In this document: piece by piece, positions 59,206 to 64,000 of the stretch
How the letters are laid out: every line of letters begins with the position of its first letter
Numbering within the stretch: the stretch's first letter is position 1
NCBI GenBank assembly: GCA_963711835.1
Contig: CAVQFQ010000017.1
Location: forward strand, 128,001-192,000
Length of the DNA stretch: 64,000 nucleotides
Reading direction: 5' to 3'
Source: an uncultured delta proteobacterium
Lineage (GTDB): Bacteria; Desulfobacterota; RBG-13-43-22
Notes under the pieces: model-generated
Database searches by the model: none
The model's input: the letters and a program-made list of their open reading frames with translations, nothing else
Told to the model about the DNA's origin: nothing
Translations under genes and position numbers: made by a program

Positions 59206-59802
59206 ATGCCTGAACGTATCCTGATTGTGGATGATGAACCGGATATGCTGGTCTTGTTACGGATGATCCTGATGGAACGGACGTCTTATGAACCCATCAC
59301 CACCCCCAATCCCCTGGAAGTGGAACAGATCCTCCGGGAAAAAAACCCGGCCTTGATTATTGCCGATTACCGCATGCCGGGACTGAACGGCTTGGAATTG
59401 CTGGACCGGGTTAAGAAACAGGCCCCCCGGCTCCCCTTTATCCTGATTACGGCTTATGGAAACGCCGAACTGGCGGCCGAGGCCCTTAAAAAAGGGGCCT
59501 TTGATTTTATCGACAAACCTTTCCGGCAGGAAAAAATCCTGAAGGCCATCGAAGGCGCCCTTACCTCGGCCGGGGCCTCAGGGGAGGTCTCCCCGAGGGA
59601 GAAAAGTTTCTGGGAAGAGGAATTTTTCCGGGTCCCTTATGCCCAGGCCCGGGAGCGCTTGCTGGCCTGGTTCCCGAAGGAGTATGCCCGCCGGATCCTG
59701 GAAAAGAATGCCGGAGACCGGAGCAAAACCGCTCAAGAAGCCGGTTGGAGCGAGGAGGAGTTGTCGAGGATCTTAGGCGACCCATCGGACCGGACGGCTT
59801 AA
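59206..59802 (+). CDS. Response regulator with Fis-type HTH tail, no AAA+ domain
   Basis: REC (VDDE, ADYRMP, DKPF) followed by a tail resembling the C-terminus of 61017-62417. Confidence 0.85.
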   Translation: MPERILIVDDEPDMLVLLRMILMERTSYEPITTPNPLEVEQILREKNPALIIADYRMPGLNGLELLDRVKKQAPRLPFILITAYGNAELAAEALKKGAFDFIDKPFRQEKILKAIEGALTSAGASGEVSPREKSFWEEEFFRVPYAQARERLLAWFPKEYARRILEKNAGDRSKTAQEAGWSEEELSRILGDPSDRTA

Positions 59803-59949
59803 AAAGCCGGTAACCTTGGAAACAGCTTAAATAAAACAAGTGTACCTTTGAGGATTCACATTACCCGATCCCCGTTTCCCGCCCCTTTCCTCGATATCTT
59901 TAACCCTTCGATTTAAAAGAAAGAAATGAAAATAGCGGTTTCGGGGCCT

Positions 59950-59966
59950 TTGGCACATAATTTGAT
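59950..59966 (+). promoter_or_regulatory. Putative sigma54 -24/-12 promoter
   Basis: TTGGCAC-ataat-TTGAT (GA instead of GC at -12). Confidence 0.55.
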
Positions 59967-60036
59967 AAATTAATAGAGAACGGACCTTCCCCTGAATCGC
60001 CTCAGATCCGAATCCAATGCCTTGAAAGGTGTTACC

Positions 60037-61002
60037 ATGGGCATCTCGTTTAAAATGGAAAAGATCCATTCCCTTTTCTGGAGGATCTATCTGTTGGTGG
60101 TGTTGACGGCCCCGGCTTTTTTTGCCCTGGGTTTTTTCCAGCCATACCGGCAGGATCCCTTGGGGATCTATTTGTTTGCCGGGATCTATGCTTTATTTTT
60201 ATTATTTATTTTTTTGTACCTGGAGTCGGTTTTTTCCAAAGAAAATATCGATAAAATGGCAGAGTTGAGTTCCATCGCCGATGATATCCAGGCCGAGAAG
60301 CTGGCCTCCCTGGAGACCCTGACGGCCGGCATCGCCCATGAAATCAACAATCCCCTGGGGATCATTTTGGGATTCAGCAGCCTCATGCTGGAAAAGACCG
60401 ATCCGGAAAGCCAGATCCATAAGGACCTTACCATAATCGAAAGACAGGGGCTCCAGTGCAAAAAGGTGGTGGATGATCTGATGAATTTCACCCGGGGGAA
60501 GGGCTCCAGTGAAGGGAATGTGAACCTCAATTCGGTTATCGAACATTTGCTGGCCGTCGTCGGACCCGGGCTCCGATCCCGGAAGATTTCCTGGGAGTGT
60601 CTCCTGGAACCCAAGCTGCCCCTGGGACCGGGGAATATCCAGCGCTGGCAACAGGTACTGCTCAACCTGATCAACAACGCCAAGGCCGCCATGCCCAAGG
60701 GCGGGAAGATAAAAATCTGGACCAGGTGGGAGGAGAACCTGGAAACGATCGAGCTCGGTTTCCAGGATACCGGAAGCGGCATCCCCAAGGAGGATCTGGC
60801 CCAGGTCTTTGATCCTTTTTTTTCCACCAAAAAGGGAGGCAAGGGAATAGGGTTGGGGCTGTCCATTATCTATGGTATAATAAAAACCTTTGATGGAACC
60901 ATCGCTTGCCAGAGCCGGACCGAGTCGGATGCAAAAGAGCTTCACGGCAGCACCTTCATCATGAGTGTGCCTTTAATTAAAACCGGAAGGACGCCGGATT
61001 AA
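60037..61002 (+). CDS. Membrane histidine kinase with minimal sensor
   Basis: Two adjacent TMs, AGIAHEINNPL, NLINNA, DTGSGI, FDPFFSTK, GIGLGL. Confidence 0.93.
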   Translation: MGISFKMEKIHSLFWRIYLLVVLTAPAFFALGFFQPYRQDPLGIYLFAGIYALFLLFIFLYLESVFSKENIDKMAELSSIADDIQAEKLASLETLTAGIAHEINNPLGIILGFSSLMLEKTDPESQIHKDLTIIERQGLQCKKVVDDLMNFTRGKGSSEGNVNLNSVIEHLLAVVGPGLRSRKISWECLLEPKLPLGPGNIQRWQQVLLNLINNAKAAMPKGGKIKIWTRWEENLETIELGFQDTGSGIPKEDLAQVFDPFFSTKKGGKGIGLGLSIIYGIIKTFDGTIACQSRTESDAKELHGSTFIMSVPLIKTGRTPD

Positions 61003-61016
61003 AAGGGGAAAGACGT

Positions 61017-62417
61017 ATGGGTGAGAGGATTTTAATCGTTGACGATGAAATAGATATGCTCGAGCTGCTGAAGCGGATCATCGAAGATAAGACCCCCTAT
61101 CGTGTCGTTACCACCCCGGACCCCCTGGATGTCCCCTTATTATTGGAAGAGAATAGTTTTGATCTGGTCATTACCGACCTGCGCATGCCGGGAGAAACCG
61201 GCCTGGATCTCCTGGAAAAGATCCGGACAAAACACGACAAGATCCCGATCATCATGATCACCGCCTATGGAACCGTTGAAACGGCCGTAGAGGCCATGCA
61301 GAAAGGGGCCTTCAGCTATATCACCAAGCCCTTTAAAAAAGAGGAAATTCTGGTCACGATTGAAAAGGCCCTGGATTACCATCACCTTAAGGAGGAAAAT
61401 CTTAGTTTAAGAAAAGAGCTGGAAAAGGAGATCAAATACCCCTTTATCATCGGCAGCAGCCCGGTTATGGAAAGGGTCTACCAGCGGATCACCCAGGTAG
61501 CAAAAACCTCGGCTACCATCCTGATCACCGGGGATTCCGGAACCGGAAAGGAACTGGCCGCTAAAACCCTTCATTATCACAGCCTGCGAAACAATAAGAA
61601 TTTCGTAGCCGTCAACTGCTCGGCTATCCCTGAAACCTTAATTGAAAGCGAATTGTTCGGCCATATCAAGGGGGCCTTTACCGGGGCCATCCGGGATAAG
61701 AAGGGATTGGTCGAAGAGGCCGAAGGCGGGACTTTTTTCCTCGATGAAATCGGGGACCTCAATGTAATTATGCAAACCAAACTGCTCCGCCTTTTGCAGG
61801 AAGGGGAATTCAAGCCCGTAGGCAGTTCCAAAACCCTGACGGCCGATATCCGGTTCATCGCCGCCACCAACCAGGATCTCCTGGAAAAGGTAAGGAAAAA
61901 AGAATTTCGGGAGGATTTATACTACCGTTTGAATGTGATTCAATTGCGCCTGCCGGCCTTACGGGAGCGCAAAGAGGACATTCCCCTTTTGGCCGAGCAT
62001 TTTCTGGAAAAATTTAACCGCCTGAATCAAAAAGAGATCAAAGGCATCTCGCGGGAGGCCTCGGAAATGTTGCTCTCCCGGGAATGGCCGGGAAATATCC
62101 GGGAATTGGAAAATGTGATCGAGCGGGGGGTTATTCTGAGCCGGGGCGATACCCTCCAGATCCAGGATCTCTTCCCGGCCGATCATCCGGCCGGAATCCC
62201 TATGGATATGAGCGAGGACTTGTTCCAGGCGCCTTTTAAAGAGGCCAAGGATCGGTTGATCGCCAACTTCAATGCCGAGTATATACGCCGGGTCCTGGCC
62301 AAATACGGGGGCAATGTTTCCCTGGCGGCTAAGGAATGCGGACTGAAAAGGCCCTACCTGCACCGGTTGATGCGGGAGAATGACATCCAGGCCAAAAGCT
62401 TTCGCAACTCCGAGTAA
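61017..62417 (+). CDS. NtrC-family sigma54 response regulator
   Basis: REC, GDSGTGKEL, ESELFGH.KGAFTGA, FLDEIG, WPGNIRELEN, Fis HTH. Confidence 0.96.
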   Translation: MGERILIVDDEIDMLELLKRIIEDKTPYRVVTTPDPLDVPLLLEENSFDLVITDLRMPGETGLDLLEKIRTKHDKIPIIMITAYGTVETAVEAMQKGAFSYITKPFKKEEILVTIEKALDYHHLKEENLSLRKELEKEIKYPFIIGSSPVMERVYQRITQVAKTSATILITGDSGTGKELAAKTLHYHSLRNNKNFVAVNCSAIPETLIESELFGHIKGAFTGAIRDKKGLVEEAEGGTFFLDEIGDLNVIMQTKLLRLLQEGEFKPVGSSKTLTADIRFIAATNQDLLEKVRKKEFREDLYYRLNVIQLRLPALRERKEDIPLLAEHFLEKFNRLNQKEIKGISREASEMLLSREWPGNIRELENVIERGVILSRGDTLQIQDLFPADHPAGIPMDMSEDLFQAPFKEAKDRLIANFNAEYIRRVLAKYGGNVSLAAKECGLKRPYLHRLMRENDIQAKSFRNSE

Positions 62418-62648
62418 TCCTCGAAGTTGCATAAAAAGGGAAGAGATGAAGTGGAACTAAATTCGTCCGGGATGATGCTTTGGTTAAAGGCAACACAGTC
62501 TCTATGAGGAAGAGGATGAAAAGGGTATGTACTTTTTTAATGACAGTAACTGTAACCAACAGAGTTCACTAATGGGAGGACCCGGAACCTGTCTGGTAAA
62601 AAATCTTGATAAATTAACCAATTAAACGGCCGGCGGGCGTGTATTTTT

Positions 62649-62665
62649 TTGGCATAATTCTTGAT
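62649..62665 (+). promoter_or_regulatory. Putative sigma54 -24/-12 promoter of tauE-like operon
   Basis: TTGGCAT-aattc-TTGAT about 60-75 nt upstream of the start. Confidence 0.6.
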
Positions 62666-62724
62666 GTTTTAAGGAAGGTTTTAAGTCCAGATTAATAACA
62701 AGGTCAGGGATGAGAGGAGGATCT

Positions 62725-63984
62725 ATGAATGTCGGCAGGGAAGTCTTCGAGTTTTTAAAGGCCGGGGCCGTGGCCCATGCCAAATGGGACTATGAAGTCT
62801 CCATGAATATCCTGCATAACAGGAAAAAATTGATCATTTTGCTTTGTATGCTCCTGCCCATTTTTGCAGTGGCCCTTTGCGAAGGGGCCAATATCCTGGG
62901 CGGCAAGACCGCTTATGCCCCGGCCCATTATACCACGACGATCTTTCTGGTTTCCATTGCCATCGGGCTCAGTGCCGGATTGATCACCGGCTGTATCGGG
63001 GCCGGGGGGGGCTTTATTATCACCCCGGCTTTAATGGCCGCCGGGGTCAAAGGCATCCTGGCCGTAGGGACGGACCTCTTCCATATCTTCGCCAAGGCGA
63101 TCATGGGCACGGCGGTTCATAAAAAACTGGGCAATGTTTCGGTCAAGCTGGCCGTTGCCTTTTTAGTCGGCTCCGGGGTAGGGACGTTTATCGGCGGCTA
63201 CATCAACAAGACCCTCTATAACATCGATCCTCTTTTGAGCGATACCTTCATCAGCGTCGTTTACGCCATCCTCCTGGGATTCCTGGGATTTTATGCCTTG
63301 TTTGATTTCATAAAATCGTCCAGAAGCAGTAGTGCCGCTCCTTCGTCCGGAGGGGGTCATGACGCCCACGGGGGGCCCTCAGGAGTAACCGGGGTGGCGA
63401 TTAAAATACAGAACCTGAAAATTCCCCCCATGATCGGGTTTGATGAAGATCTGGGAGGCCGAAAGATTTCAGGGGTGATCGTGGCCCTGGGAGGGGTCAT
63501 CGTCGGCATGCTGGCGGCCCTGATGGGTGTCGGAGGGGGCTTTGTCACCTTCCCCATGTTCGTTTATATCTTCGGTGTTTCCTCCATGACTACGGTCGGG
63601 ACCGACATCCTCCAGATTATCTTCACGGCCGGATTGGCGGCTATCGCCCAGTATGCCATCTATGGCTATGTATTCTATTCCCTGGCCATGGGCATGCTGA
63701 TCGGATCTTTGATCGGCATTCAAGTGGGCGCCCTGACCACCAAGGTGGTCAAGGGCATCCATATCCGGGGATTCTATGCCGTTTCCATACTGGCCGGTTT
63801 CATCAACCGGGCCGCTACCCTACCCAAGAAGTTATCCGAAATGGAAATAATCAATATTCCCAAATCCGTCAGCGGACCCATTGATTTTGTCGGGGCCATC
63901 ATTTTCTGGATTGTGGTGGGCTTTTTCGGCCTCTGGGTCCTGAGCAAGTTTTTTGGAAATTTAAAGGCATTGAGGGAGGGATAA
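62725..63984 (+). CDS. TauE/SafE (TSUP) sulfite/organosulfur exporter family
   Basis: GLITGCIGAGGGFIITPAL, AVGTDL, ALMGVGGGF...P, TVGTD; GGAGG RBS. Confidence 0.9.
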   Translation: MNVGREVFEFLKAGAVAHAKWDYEVSMNILHNRKKLIILLCMLLPIFAVALCEGANILGGKTAYAPAHYTTTIFLVSIAIGLSAGLITGCIGAGGGFIITPALMAAGVKGILAVGTDLFHIFAKAIMGTAVHKKLGNVSVKLAVAFLVGSGVGTFIGGYINKTLYNIDPLLSDTFISVVYAILLGFLGFYALFDFIKSSRSSSAAPSSGGGHDAHGGPSGVTGVAIKIQNLKIPPMIGFDEDLGGRKISGVIVALGGVIVGMLAALMGVGGGFVTFPMFVYIFGVSSMTTVGTDILQIIFTAGLAAIAQYAIYGYVFYSLAMGMLIGSLIGIQVGALTTKVVKGIHIRGFYAVSILAGFINRAATLPKKLSEMEIINIPKSVSGPIDFVGAIIFWIVVGFFGLWVLSKFFGNLKALREG

Positions 63985-64000
63985 AGCCATGGTGATCGCA

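Overview
About 64 kb of chromosome from an anaerobic bacterium, inferred to be a Desulfobacterota/deltaproteobacterium from its gene content (hcp, a DUF362 Fe-S protein, IscS-DsrE-TusA, a sigma54/TauE cluster). In order, the window holds: (i) a fatty/hydroxy-acid degradation region (fadB end, TetR, thiolase, DUF362, etfAB, His-phosphatase/ACAD/APH-kinase); (ii) a mosaic region with TetR, a secreted HCD-protein, an M24 peptidase and modules punctuated by repeated ferredoxin sequence; (iii) a YbhGFSR-like ABC exporter plus TolC; (iv) rpoZ-moaC-dksA and a Wzm/Wzt polysaccharide locus; (v) radA, an M18 peptidase, two toxin-antitoxin pairs and an IR-flanked HUH (RAYT-like) transposase; (vi) the hcp operon with an FNR-type box; (vii) a large transporter/signalling cluster with a PPDK-like protein among four paralogous response regulators. 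Many single-base frameshifts suggest assembly indel errors. The most striking unexplained signal is a three-copy family of non-coding, rod-like elements (6067-6371, 9560-9862, 43932-44296). Their core is bounded by 33-35 bp inverted repeats and is flipped in one copy while the outer flanks stay co-linear, which makes it a candidate mobile invertible switch or structured RNA. No rRNA, tRNA or CRISPR array was seen. All alignments were done by eye.
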